Positions 7,977 through 17,134 of a stretch of DNA of 32,000 nt are shown in pieces (within the stretch, counting starts at the first letter, position 1; each line of letters starts with the position of its first letter). The DNA lies in contig CAKTSY010000002.1 of NCBI GenBank assembly GCA_934613415.1, positions 210,001 through 242,000 on the forward strand, in the 5' to 3' direction. Source of the stretch: an uncultured Opitutales bacterium. Its GTDB lineage: Bacteria > Verrucomicrobiota > Verrucomicrobiia > Opitutales > Intestinicryptomonadaceae. The translations under genes and the position numbers were made by a program. The notes beneath the pieces are model-generated. The model was given only the letters and a program-made list of their open reading frames with translations. It had not been told where the DNA came from and did not search any database.

Positions 7977-9087
7977 GCTCAAACTTGGGGACTTGATTGA
8001 ATTATGCGAATCAAAGAATGAGGATTTGCAGTATAGCATCAATGATGTAAAAGGAATCTCCATCCAAAAAAAATTCATTGAAACAAAAGCTGATATGACA
8101 GATGTGTCTCTAACCCCATATCTCTTGGTAAGACCTGATGACTTTGCTTTCGTTACTGTTACATCTCGCAACGGAGAAAAAATCACTTTAGCACATAATA
8201 CAACAAATAAAACATATATAGTATCCTCATCTTATGTTGTATTCCATGTAAAAGACAAAGAACTCCTCTTATCTGATTTTCTATTTATGTATTTTAATCG
8301 GCCAGAATTTGACCGTTATTCGCGTTTTAATTCTTGGGGATCTGCGAGAGAAACTTTTAGTTGGGAAGATATGTGCGATATTGAAATCGATCTTCCACCG
8401 CTTCCAATTCAGCAGAAGTATGTTGATGTTTATAATGCAATGCTTGCGAATCAAAAAAGTTACGAACGTGGTTTGGACGATTTGAAGCTTGTTTGCGATG
8501 CCTATATTGAAGAGTTAAGGCGTAAAATGCCGTGCGAGACTATTGGAAAATATCTTGAAGAAGTAAGCGAACCAAATACAAACAAAAAATACACTGATGT
8601 ACAAGGTGTTGAATCTACATGTACTTTTATAGATACTCGTGCAAATATGCAGGGAGTTGACATTAGAAAATACACGATCGTGCGAAAAGGGACATTTGTA
8701 TATAATCCATCTCGAATAAATATAGGTTCAATTGCACTTTATCCTAATGAGTCACCTTGTATTGTTTCCCCTATGTATTCTGTATTTAAGATAACTTCTT
8801 TAGAAAAAATATTACCAGAATATTTGATGTTATGGTTTGAGAGAACTGAATTTCAAAGACAAACATGGTATTATGCTGCTGGTTCGGTAAGAGATACTTT
8901 TGACTTTAATTTAATGAAAGAGGTAAAAATTCCATTACCAACAATAGATATACAAAGCGATATAGTAAATATCTTTAACGTGTACAAAAATCGCAAAGCG
9001 ATCAACGAAAAGTTAAAAGTCCAGATAAAAAATATCTGCCCGATACTAATAAAAGGTTCAATCGAAGAAGCAAGGAAGGCTGGATAA
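7963..9087 (+). CDS. hsdS: Type I R-M specificity subunit HsdS with two target-recognition domains
   Basis: It overlaps the hsdM stop by 14 nt and sits between hsdM and hsdR. It has a two-fold repeated architecture with conserved helical spacers (LPPLPIQQKYV... and IPLPTIDIQSDIV...). It is AT-richer than its neighbours, as is typical of TRDs. Confidence 0.88.
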   Translation: MALSRLKLGDLIELCESKNEDLQYSINDVKGISIQKKFIETKADMTDVSLTPYLLVRPDDFAFVTVTSRNGEKITLAHNTTNKTYIVSSSYVVFHVKDKELLLSDFLFMYFNRPEFDRYSRFNSWGSARETFSWEDMCDIEIDLPPLPIQQKYVDVYNAMLANQKSYERGLDDLKLVCDAYIEELRRKMPCETIGKYLEEVSEPNTNKKYTDVQGVESTCTFIDTRANMQGVDIRKYTIVRKGTFVYNPSRINIGSIALYPNESPCIVSPMYSVFKITSLEKILPEYLMLWFERTEFQRQTWYYAAGSVRDTFDFNLMKEVKIPLPTIDIQSDIVNIFNVYKNRKAINEKLKVQIKNICPILIKGSIEEARKAG

Positions 9088-9090
9088 TTC

Positions 9091-12000
9091 ATGGCTAAGC
9101 TAAAAGAATTCAATAGACATTACTGCGAATCGGAATATGAGTATGCCTTTATTGCGTTCTTAGAGTCGGCTGACTGGATCTATTCTTCGGGCAATAAAAT
9201 AGCGCGTACAACAAAAAGAGATGTGTTAATCTCTGATGATTTCAAAAAATTCATAGCCAAGACAAATCCCGATTTAACCGAAGATGAAATCAATAGAATC
9301 TTCGATAATCTTCGTTTGATCGGCAGCGAAAGCGATTTTTCAACCTTGCACAAAGTCTATGGCTGGATGGTAAACGGAATTCAATTCACTCCCCAAAACG
9401 GACTGGCAAGAATGATTCCGTTAATCGATTTTGAAAGTCCTGCCAACAACATCTTCCGCGTAGTAAATCAGTTTGTTGTAGAATACACAAACAATGGGCA
9501 GAAAGAAACCCGTAGGCCGGACATTCTTTTGTTCGTAAACGGTATGCCGCTATGCGTAATTGAGCTGAAAAATCCTGCGGACGCAAACGCAACTATATTT
9601 GATGCTTGGGAGCAAATCAACATACGCTACTGGCGAGACATTCCGCATCTTTTGCATTACTGCCCGTTGGCTTGCATCTCTGACGGTGTAAAAACGAGGC
9701 TGGGAACTGTTCGCACGCCTTATGAGCATTTTTACGCTTGGAGACGCGTAAACGACGGAGATAATGTTTCTACGCTTCCGTTTGAAGAGACTGAAACGAT
9801 GATAAAAGGAGTCTATGCGCCTTCACGTTTCCTTGAAATTTTCAGAGATTACATTTATTTCCAAGATGCCATTTACGACAGCGACGAGAGGGAAATTGTA
9901 TGCCGCTATCCGCAATTTTTCGCGGCAAAACTTTTAAAGCAGAGCATCGTAAAATCAGTTGTAGAAAAAAGCGGCAAAGGCGGAACGTACTTTGGCGCGA
10001 CAGGTTGTGGCAAAACCTACACAATGGCATTCTTGGCACGCCAACTCGCCCTTCGGTGTACCGATATTCCCGAAATAGGCTCTCCGACAATTATTCTAAT
10101 CGTAGACAGAGACGACCTGCAAAAACAAGGCGCAAAGCTCTTTACAAAAAGTAAGGAATTTTTGAATCTTGGCGAAGTATCCATTGTAAAAAATAGAGCC
10201 CATTTAAGACAAGAGCTCGCCGCAAGGCAAAGCGGCGGTTTCTATATCTGCACCATCCAAAAATTCTGCGACCGAAAGGATGATAAAATTGGGCTTATAA
10301 ACGATAGGCGTAATATTATATGCTTTTCAGACGAAGCCCATCGAAGCCAAATCGAGCATTCAAAGAAGATTCAGTTCAGCAAAGACGCTGACGAGAATAT
10401 GAAGGCAATGGTTTCTAAGCCTTACGCAAAGGTCTTAAAAGAAGCCTTCCCTCGGGCTACTTTTGTTGGTTTTACGGGGACGCCCATCGCGGAAACTTAT
10501 CAAACTTTCGGCAATGAAATTGACCGTTATACAATGGACCAGGCTGTTGCGGACGGTTTGACGGTTTCGATAAAGTATCATCCAAGGATAGCAAAAATCT
10601 TGCTTGATAATAAAAAAATACAGGAGATTGAAGCCTATTACAAAAAATGCGCCGACGACGGAGCAACTCTTGAAGATGTAGAGGCAAGCAAAAAAGCAAT
10701 GAGCTCTATGGAGCTTATTCTGGGCGAACCTTTGCGCTTGGAACGGCTTGCCGTAGATATTCACGACCATTATCTTTCCTCTTGCGCAAACGATCCCGAC
10801 AGGATCCAAAAAGCAATGGTCGTTTGCTCAAACAGAAAAATTGCCTATGCCTTATTAAAAGAGTTCAGGGCTAAATATCCGGAATGGTTCGAAGAAAAGA
10901 AATCGCCTGATGGTATTTTCGTAACGGAAGATGAGCTTAAGGAATTAAAGCCGATGCCGTTTATCGCAATGGTATCAAGCGTGGGAAGCAATGATGAGGC
11001 TGAAATGTACAACTATCTTGGCGGCGTTCGCAATGACAAGCGTTCGGAAGAATTGGATGCGGCTTTCAAACAGGAAAAATCGAATTTTCGCATTGTTATT
11101 GTGGTTGATATGTGGATTACCGGTTTCGATGTGCCTTCTCTAACATATTTATATAACGATAAACCTCTAAAAAAGCATCTGTTAATACAAACGATAAGCA
11201 GAGTTAACAGAAAATATCCGGGTAAAGAATATGGCATGATTATAGACTATATAGGCATTCGCGATAATATGCGGGAAGCTATGAAGGTCTATGGCGGCAA
11301 TACTTCTGTTGCTCCGACATCAGACGATGTGGAACAAGCGACGCAAATTTTCAGGGAAGAGCTTGAAATACTAAAAAAACTATTTGTTAATTATGATTTG
11401 ACGCCGTTTTTAGATCCTAATTGCGATCCGATTGAACGCTACAAATTGCTCGCAAAAGCTGCCGAATATGTGTTTTTGTCCACGCAGAGTTTGCGCTTGT
11501 CCGATGGCGATATGGCTCGGAATGTTTCATTTAAAACTTATTTCTTAAAAACCGTAAAAAGAATGAGAGCCGCTTATGACGTTTGCCAGCCTTCGGGAAA
11601 TCTTGGAGAAGAGGAATCCGCGCTGGCACAGTGTTTTATGGCAATAGCGGGTTTTGTCCGCAAAATGAACGGAACAAGCGAAGTTGATGCCGATACAATG
11701 AACCGCACAGTTTCAAAAATGGTGGAAGAAGCCTTAAAATACAATCAAGTGGAAAGTATTCTTGCGGGCGGCGAAGAGGAAGATATCTTCTCTCCCGAAT
11801 ATTTTGAAAAGCTGTCTGACGTTAAAATGCCGGCGACAAAATTAGAGCTTCTGGTTAAAATGCTGCGCAAGGAGATTAAAGAGTACGGAAAAGTAAATCA
11901 GGTTGCCGCCAAGAAATATCAAGAAATGTTGGAAAAAACAATTAAGGAATATCACGAAAGGAGAAAACATCTTGATATTGAAGAAGCGGGCGAAGCCCAA

Positions 12001-12420
12001 GAACGCGCGTCGGAAGACATCCTCCAAAGTGCTACAAAACAAGCTTTAGACATTCTCTCACAAATGAAAGAGAGTAGAGAAAGTTTTAGAAAGATAGGCT
12101 TAACTTTTGAAGAAAAAGCTTTTTACGACATTTTAATCGCATTGCGCGACCAGTATAATTTTGAGTACGGAACAGATAAAAATTTAGGCGGTGTCATTAT
12201 TAACGATAAATGCAAAATACTGGCTAAAAAAATTAAGGAAATAATCGACACAAAATCTTCATTCGCGGATTGGCTTAATAACCAGAATGTCCGCAACCAA
12301 CTAAAACTTGAAATCAAAATTTGTTTAGTCCAAAGCGGATATCCACCGCAATATAGTCCGGAAGTATTCAGCAAAGTTATGGAGCAAGTCGAGAATTTTG
12401 AGGAAAATTCAGCAACTTGA
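9091..12420 (+). CDS. hsdR: Type I restriction endonuclease/translocase subunit HsdR
   Basis: It has a PD-(D/E)xK nuclease motif RRPDILLFVNGMPLCVIELK, Walker A GATGCGKTYT and a DEAH box FSDEAHRSQ. The C-terminal region (EKAFYDIL...) is typical of HsdR. Confidence 0.93.
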   Translation: MAKLKEFNRHYCESEYEYAFIAFLESADWIYSSGNKIARTTKRDVLISDDFKKFIAKTNPDLTEDEINRIFDNLRLIGSESDFSTLHKVYGWMVNGIQFTPQNGLARMIPLIDFESPANNIFRVVNQFVVEYTNNGQKETRRPDILLFVNGMPLCVIELKNPADANATIFDAWEQINIRYWRDIPHLLHYCPLACISDGVKTRLGTVRTPYEHFYAWRRVNDGDNVSTLPFEETETMIKGVYAPSRFLEIFRDYIYFQDAIYDSDEREIVCRYPQFFAAKLLKQSIVKSVVEKSGKGGTYFGATGCGKTYTMAFLARQLALRCTDIPEIGSPTIILIVDRDDLQKQGAKLFTKSKEFLNLGEVSIVKNRAHLRQELAARQSGGFYICTIQKFCDRKDDKIGLINDRRNIICFSDEAHRSQIEHSKKIQFSKDADENMKAMVSKPYAKVLKEAFPRATFVGFTGTPIAETYQTFGNEIDRYTMDQAVADGLTVSIKYHPRIAKILLDNKKIQEIEAYYKKCADDGATLEDVEASKKAMSSMELILGEPLRLERLAVDIHDHYLSSCANDPDRIQKAMVVCSNRKIAYALLKEFRAKYPEWFEEKKSPDGIFVTEDELKELKPMPFIAMVSSVGSNDEAEMYNYLGGVRNDKRSEELDAAFKQEKSNFRIVIVVDMWITGFDVPSLTYLYNDKPLKKHLLIQTISRVNRKYPGKEYGMIIDYIGIRDNMREAMKVYGGNTSVAPTSDDVEQATQIFREELEILKKLFVNYDLTPFLDPNCDPIERYKLLAKAAEYVFLSTQSLRLSDGDMARNVSFKTYFLKTVKRMRAAYDVCQPSGNLGEEESALAQCFMAIAGFVRKMNGTSEVDADTMNRTVSKMVEEALKYNQVESILAGGEEEDIFSPEYFEKLSDVKMPATKLELLVKMLRKEIKEYGKVNQVAAKKYQEMLEKTIKEYHERRKHLDIEEAGEAQERASEDILQSATKQALDILSQMKESRESFRKIGLTFEEKAFYDILIALRDQYNFEYGTDKNLGGVIINDKCKILAKKIKEIIDTKSSFADWLNNQNVRNQLKLEIKICLVQSGYPPQYSPEVFSKVMEQVENFEENSAT

Positions 12421-12636
12421 CATATTTTGCATAAGTAGCACTTTTTAACTGCCAATGTAGGAATTCCCAATCTGTAAATGGCTGGGGAAGCAATGATAAT
12501 GCCGTAAAAGAAGGCTTGAGAATTTTGTCGGAATACAAGCTTCCAGACGGATTGAAAATCTGGATTATCGCCGAGTGGGACAGAAGCGCAACTACGCTAC
12601 TTTTCCCAGAGACTACTAAAAGATTCAGCCTGCTGG

Positions 12637-12879
12637 TTATTCCGCGATTATAAAGTAGCTGGAGTCTTTAAGCTTTTCGGCAATATGTTCAGCGGATAGT
12701 TCCTTACTATTTTCATCGGCCAAATTATCTGAAATACTTGGTGCCGATTCTAACAGAATCAATACATAGGAACTTTTTAAGGCGTAATTCACGTTTTCCG
12801 CGAATGTCCCAACGATTTCCCGATATAAAAAACGCCCGAAATTCGCCATATTACTGGATTCTCGAGCGTCTCGATTCAA
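12637..12879 (-). CDS. Small hypothetical ORF, possibly the remnant of a longer gene
   Basis: ORF-track entry with a TTG start. The same frame stays open upstream to ~12966 with no ATG. No motif recognised. Confidence 0.25.
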   Translation of the reverse strand: MNRDARESSNMANFGRFLYREIVGTFAENVNYALKSSYVLILLESAPSISDNLADENSKELSAEHIAEKLKDSSYFIIAE

Positions 12880-13010
12880 AAAGTATGGGACATTTGAAAA
12901 ATGCCTGTCGTAAGAAGAAAGCGGTCTGCCGAACGCCCCTGCTGTTTTGTTGGGGTTAATAGATTCCTTTTAGCCCCCCGTATCGCTATGTCCGTTTATA
13001 GTTCACCGCA

Positions 13011-13036
13011 GGCAAATAGGAGAAATAGGTAAATAG
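13011..13036. repeat. AAATAGG heptamer array: 2 perfect copies plus 1 copy matching 6 of 7
   Basis: GGCAAATAGGAGAAATAGGTAAATAG. Its reverse complement, CTATTTACCTATTTCTCCTATTTGCC, matches the array at 13368-13430. Confidence 0.85.
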
Positions 13037-13215
13037 TGCATACTCTTAAAATTGATGAGGGCGTTTTTGCGAGTATTTCGCAAGGCAAAAATGGGAAGGG
13101 TTTGGTAAGAATTTTACCGAATTTTCGGTATATTATTAACGACTTACAAAACTTTTCCGATTTCCATAAGAATGAAAGCAAAACGGCAATATACTAAGCA
13201 AGAAAAACTTATCCG

Positions 13216-13287
13216 CGCCCCCACCGTGAATCGAACACGGATTTGGCGTTTAGGAAACGCTCGTTCTATCCGTTGAACTACAGGGGC
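13216..13287 (-). tRNA. tRNA-Arg, anticodon CCU, complete, no encoded CCA
   Basis: Reverse complement: GCCCCTG-TA-GTTC-AACGGATA-GAAC-G-AGCGT-TTCCTAA-ACGCC-AAAT-CCGTG-TTCGATT-CACGG-TGGGGGC-G. This folds as a cloverleaf with a 7-bp acceptor stem (two G-U pairs), 4-bp D stem, 5-bp T stem and T-loop TTCGATT. The anticodon stem has an A27.C43 mismatch. Confidence 0.85.
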
Positions 13288-13367
13288 GGGATAAAGGAAA
13301 TATGAGACCATAGCTTGGCTTGAAAGTCAACCATAATCCCGATATTTGCGTATATAAGTATCTTTTT

Positions 13368-13430
13368 GCCTATTTACCTATTTGCCGAGTTGGTTAGCGT
13401 CAATACCTATTTCTCCTATTTGCCTATTTT
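13368..13430. repeat. CCTATTT heptamer array, 5 perfect copies, inverted relative to 13011-13036
   Basis: Copies lie at 13369-75, 13377-83, 13406-12, 13415-21 and 13423-29. The last copy abuts the stop codon of the DUF3987-like gene. Confidence 0.85.
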
Positions 13431-14893
13431 CAGAACGGCATATCGTCGTCATCATCGACTTCTATTCCAAGCGCCTTTTTAGCCTCGGAGATTCTATCTT
13501 TCAAGACAACGTATCGCCCTTTACCCTTTTTTAGGATTTCATAAAGATTGGGGAACGTATGCACGATAAATTCCACCCTTTCAGTTCGCAAACTGGAATA
13601 TTGGTCAAAAAAGCTAATCTTCTTATAGAAACCGTCGTTTTGGCGAATCATAGCGTCCATTTTTGCTCTGTCGTTTTCGATTTCTGGAAGCATTCCGCTT
13701 GAGAACAAAACCACCGAAACGCAGATTGAATACGACACCACCCTGCATGCGCGTTTTGCGATGTTGGCGGTGATTCGGTCCGCGCCTTCAGCCTGCGCGA
13801 AAATAACCGCAAGCCTGATTGCGTTTTCCCTTGCCTTGCCAAGCAAAGAAGCCTGCGTGCGCAGTTTGCCGTTCATAAGATGCGTGTTGAATGCGTCGAA
13901 GTCCCAGAAATACTCGAAGACGTCTTGGTCGGTGTCAAACCATACTGGCAGGCCTTTCTTGCGGGTTTGGTAGGTTTGAGCAAGAAGGTTTTCCCATTTG
14001 AGAATTACGGCTTCGTCAAGCGGGATAATTTCTTTCGAGTCTGGAATGGCCTTTGGAGCGCCTTTGCAGTAGAGGAATCTTCCAAGAAACCCGCTGCCGA
14101 TAAAGCTGCCTTTGTTCTTTGAAACGATGTTGTCGATGACGTCGTTTTGCACCATCCAAAGCAGGGAAATGCAGGGATTGGGAACGCTTGAAATCCCGTT
14201 TACAATTCGGTTGTGCTTTATGGGCTCGCCGCACCAGCCGCTGTTTAGCGTTTCGGTGTCGTCGCCTTGCTTGCGATAGTTGCCCGCCACAATGTAGATG
14301 CTGTCGCGGGCTTCCTCGCATACCGAAAAAATTTCGCCGCCGCTTGCTTCCATCGCCTTTATCATGGCTTCCGACGTTGAATTTTTCACGATGAAGTCGG
14401 GGTTTCTCGGGGGCTTGGGAGTGTCCGCAATTTCGTCGTCAAGGCCCAATTTGTCCTCGCCGTTAAGCTTGTCCTGCATGAGCTTTGCCTTCGCTTTCTT
14501 GAATTTCTCAAGCTCCTTTTTGTATTCGGAGATTTCGTCCAAAACCCTTCTTTCCAAATTGGAGAAAAGGGCGCGAATGCTTGCGCTTTTGCCAGTGGAG
14601 CTTTCGCCCACGCCTAGGACAAAGATATTCCCTGTTTGCGTGTATCCGCCGCTTACTGCGTTTTTCGCCTTGAACACTCTGCCCATAGCGCCGCTTAAAA
14701 TTCCGCAGGCGCAGAAGCAAAGAAGCTCCATTGGCAGATTTCTGCCAACGGAATACGTTCTTGCGACGTCGCGGATAGGTTTCGGGAAGGCGTCAATGGG
14801 GCATTCGCTTTCGTAAAACTCTTTGTAGGCTTCCGAAAGCGTCTCCATGGTTGCAAAAAATTGCGGAGTTTTTTGTGCCACGAACCTAGACAT
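13430..14893 (-). CDS. DUF3987-like (YfjI-type) putative helicase/replication protein of integrative elements
   Basis: PIDAFPKPIRDVARTYSVGRNLPMELLCFCACGILSGAMG...NIFVLGVGESSTGKSA matches the DUF3987 pattern as I remember it. The preferred start is MSRFVAQK at 14893, which overlaps the upstream stop as ATGTCTAG. The track ORF extends to 15019. Confidence 0.75.
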   Translation of the reverse strand: MSRFVAQKTPQFFATMETLSEAYKEFYESECPIDAFPKPIRDVARTYSVGRNLPMELLCFCACGILSGAMGRVFKAKNAVSGGYTQTGNIFVLGVGESSTGKSASIRALFSNLERRVLDEISEYKKELEKFKKAKAKLMQDKLNGEDKLGLDDEIADTPKPPRNPDFIVKNSTSEAMIKAMEASGGEIFSVCEEARDSIYIVAGNYRKQGDDTETLNSGWCGEPIKHNRIVNGISSVPNPCISLLWMVQNDVIDNIVSKNKGSFIGSGFLGRFLYCKGAPKAIPDSKEIIPLDEAVILKWENLLAQTYQTRKKGLPVWFDTDQDVFEYFWDFDAFNTHLMNGKLRTQASLLGKARENAIRLAVIFAQAEGADRITANIAKRACRVVSYSICVSVVLFSSGMLPEIENDRAKMDAMIRQNDGFYKKISFFDQYSSLRTERVEFIVHTFPNLYEILKKGKGRYVVLKDRISEAKKALGIEVDDDDDMPF

Positions 14894-15674
14894 TTTCCAC
14901 CTCTCCCCAAGCTGTGTTGCCGTTTTGGCATTGTGCGATGAGCGTCTGAGAAATTTCGGAATCCTCAAACGGCTTGTAATGCCTGAACGAGAAAACCGAC
15001 TCCTCTTTCGTCCCCACAAGCACCGACATTATGTTTGCATAAACACCGATAGCCTTTCCGCCCATGCACCATTTTGCGGGGTGAATCCTTTTGCTCCAAA
15101 ACATCGGCTTGTCGAAGTGGTGGATCAAGACCATTGCAAAGTTGTGCTTCGATTTTAGCCCGTTTATTTTGCAAAAGAGGTCGGCAACTGCCGCATGGTC
15201 TGAAAAGTTGCAATGCACAAACGACGACAGCGAATCCACAATTACCACATCGTACTTGCCCGCGCTTAAAGAAGCGTCCAGTTTCGATATGAATTCGTCC
15301 ACCGAATAATATCGGCCTGTTTTGCAGCGGAAGCGGAAATTATTTTCCATAATTTCGCAAAAGTCCGCCTTTTTATCGAGTTCAAATTGCGAAACGATAT
15401 CGTCTAAGTAGATCTTCTCGTCGGCAATCGGGTTTTCGGAATGGAGCAAGAGGGTCTTGGCGGGGCGGACAATATCAAGCCCCAATGTTTTTTCGCCAAG
15501 GGCGAGGCTTGCGGCAAGCTGCATTGCAAGAACGCTTTTGCCGATTCCGCTCGCGCCCGAAATTACCCACGTCTGCCCTTTGCTTAAAAAGTCCTTCTCG
15601 ATTATAACGCCGTCAAAACCGAAAATGGATTCGTTTTCTTCGGCTAAAATTTGGCTTATCGTGCGAATTCTCAT
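14886..15674 (-). CDS. RecA-like AAA ATPase (AAA_25/RepA-like)
   Basis: It has Walker A GASGIGKS and Walker B VVIVDSLSSF, followed by LIHHFDKP. Its start overlaps the upstream HTH gene stop by 1 nt (TAATG). Confidence 0.75.
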   Translation of the reverse strand: MRIRTISQILAEENESIFGFDGVIIEKDFLSKGQTWVISGASGIGKSVLAMQLAASLALGEKTLGLDIVRPAKTLLLHSENPIADEKIYLDDIVSQFELDKKADFCEIMENNFRFRCKTGRYYSVDEFISKLDASLSAGKYDVVIVDSLSSFVHCNFSDHAAVADLFCKINGLKSKHNFAMVLIHHFDKPMFWSKRIHPAKWCMGGKAIGVYANIMSVLVGTKEESVFSFRHYKPFEDSEISQTLIAQCQNGNTAWGEVENV

Positions 15675-15931
15675 TAGATTTCTCCTTTCTTCGCGCTTTT
15701 GGCGGGGCGGACTATAAAGCAGTGGTCAAGCAGGACGTCGCAATCGCTTTTCTTGTAGCGAATGCACTTGCCCGAAAGACGGTAGCTCGGCAGTTTGCCC
15801 TGTCTGCGGAGCTGCTCAATAAAGGTTGTGCCAATATTGAGATACTCCGCCACCTCTGCGCGTGTAAAAAGCCTGTCGCTTGCGTCAGGCTGCGTTAATG
15901 TTTGAGTTTTTGCGGATTTTTTCTTTTCCAT
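15674..15931 (-). CDS. Excisionase/AlpA-type helix-turn-helix DNA-binding protein
   Basis: LFTRAEVAEYLNIGTTFIEQLRRQGKLPSYRLSGKCIRYKKSD is typical of the HTH_17/Xis family. The preferred start is MEKKKSAK at 15931; the track ORF starts at 16057. Confidence 0.7.
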   Translation of the reverse strand: MEKKKSAKTQTLTQPDASDRLFTRAEVAEYLNIGTTFIEQLRRQGKLPSYRLSGKCIRYKKSDCDVLLDHCFIVRPAKSAKKGEI

Positions 15932-16343
15932 GCAGAATGTCCGCGTGTCAAATTTTTCAAAAATTAATAGCCGCAAAATTGCGAAAAAAATCGAATTGGA
16001 AGGCGAAAAAAATAGTTGGGAAAGTGGTTTCCCAAAGAAGGCGGAAAAACGACACAAAAATAAAAGTGTGTCGATTTTGGATTATATGGCGCAAAAATAT
16101 TCGGCAAAAATTGCTTGGTCGGGGGAAATGTTTCACTGGTGATACAAATGGGAATTCCAAGATATAAACTTCCATTTTCCGCAAAATTTACCGCGTGTTC
16201 CGTTTTTTTAGATCATTTATTTATCCTATTGAAAAACGGCCAAATAGAATTTCTTAAATGGTCTATTATCAAATGGTAATAGGATTAAAAATAAATGGAT
16301 TGTTCAGCTTGACTTGAAACGCTTTTTATACATTTTTCGTTTC

Positions 16344-17060
16344 ATGATAAAGCGGACAGTAGAGGAACAAATTCTTAGAACAATCAGTTTTTTGGAAAGC
16401 GGCAGGGTGTTTTCGTCAACAGATTTTGCGGACATCGCAAACCAAAACACAATCAGAACGGCGTTAAGGCGTCTTACTCTGGCAAAGAAAATCGACGCCC
16501 TTGGGCATTCTCTATATTATAAGCGAATCTGCACAAAAGAATTTCCCTATGGATATAGGCCAAAACATCAATCCATTGCCAATGCCATAGCGCGAAGATT
16601 CTCTTGGAAGATTTTTCCGACGCTGTCTTACACGTTTGCGTATTTTTCGTTGCGCAAAGACGGCGACCGCATATTCCCAAGCTCGGGGCCAAATAAAAAA
16701 TTTGAGTTCAATTCTTTCGCATTTCAGGGAATCGTTGAATTTAGGCATATCCCGCTTAAATTGTCCCGAATTGCCGACAAGAAAGCCTTTATGTACGTTC
16801 AAGCCCTTGTAGCCTTTGGCGAAGATTCCGAAGAAATGAAGCGCATATTTGCAAAGACTTCCACAGAGGATTTGAAAACAGTCATCAGAAAAATAACCTA
16901 TGCGCCGCTAAGAATCCAGAATGTGTTTTTAAAAGAGCTTAAATCGAGGGATAACGGCAAGTCGAATTCAGGAGATGCGAATGCTGAAAACATCAACAAC
17001 GCCTTTAATAAAGTGCAAGAAAAGCGAAAGCTTGCCAGAATATTTCGCAGCTTGTCATAG
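16344..17060 (+). CDS. AbiEi-antitoxin-like/DUF6088-like putative transcriptional regulator
   Basis: The N-terminus, IKRTVEEQILRTISFLESGRVFSSTDFADIANQNTIRTALRRLTLAKKIDALGHSLYY, resembles the winged-helix AbiEi_4/DUF6088 pattern. No AbiEii partner gene is seen. The start is either 16314 or 16344. Confidence 0.5.
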   Translation: MIKRTVEEQILRTISFLESGRVFSSTDFADIANQNTIRTALRRLTLAKKIDALGHSLYYKRICTKEFPYGYRPKHQSIANAIARRFSWKIFPTLSYTFAYFSLRKDGDRIFPSSGPNKKFEFNSFAFQGIVEFRHIPLKLSRIADKKAFMYVQALVAFGEDSEEMKRIFAKTSTEDLKTVIRKITYAPLRIQNVFLKELKSRDNGKSNSGDANAENINNAFNKVQEKRKLARIFRSLS

Positions 17061-17134
17061 CTTGTACGTTACTTGTATGTTACTTGTATGTTTTGGAGCG
17101 ATTATTCACGTTTCCCAAATCGACATATTCTCAT

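Noticed and set aside
12996-13181. A 61-aa minus-strand ORF between the heptamer array and the tRNA.
   Set aside because: It spans the repeat array and the tRNA downstream region and has no motif. It is probably non-coding.
13011-13430. A possible CRISPR array or IS element with terminal inverted repeats.
   Set aside because: The repeats are 7-nt units and there are no 25-40 nt repeat/spacer units. The segment has no transposase ORF; it contains only a tRNA. No CRISPR array or IS was seen anywhere in the window.
13648-15309. Numerous overlapping ORFs on both strands, for example 14298..14816 (+), 14016..14321 (-) and 14847..15158 (+).
   Set aside because: They lie within or antisense to the DUF3987-like and AAA ATPase genes. 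Their R/S/P-rich compositions are typical of off-frame reading of ~55% G+C coding DNA.
15880-16184. ORFs 15880..16167 (+), 15930..16142 (+) and 15957..16184 (-), and the 5' extension of the HTH ORF to 16057.
   Set aside because: They lie in the divergent intergenic region and are K/R/F-rich low-complexity sequences. The HTH protein reads naturally from MEKKK at 15931.
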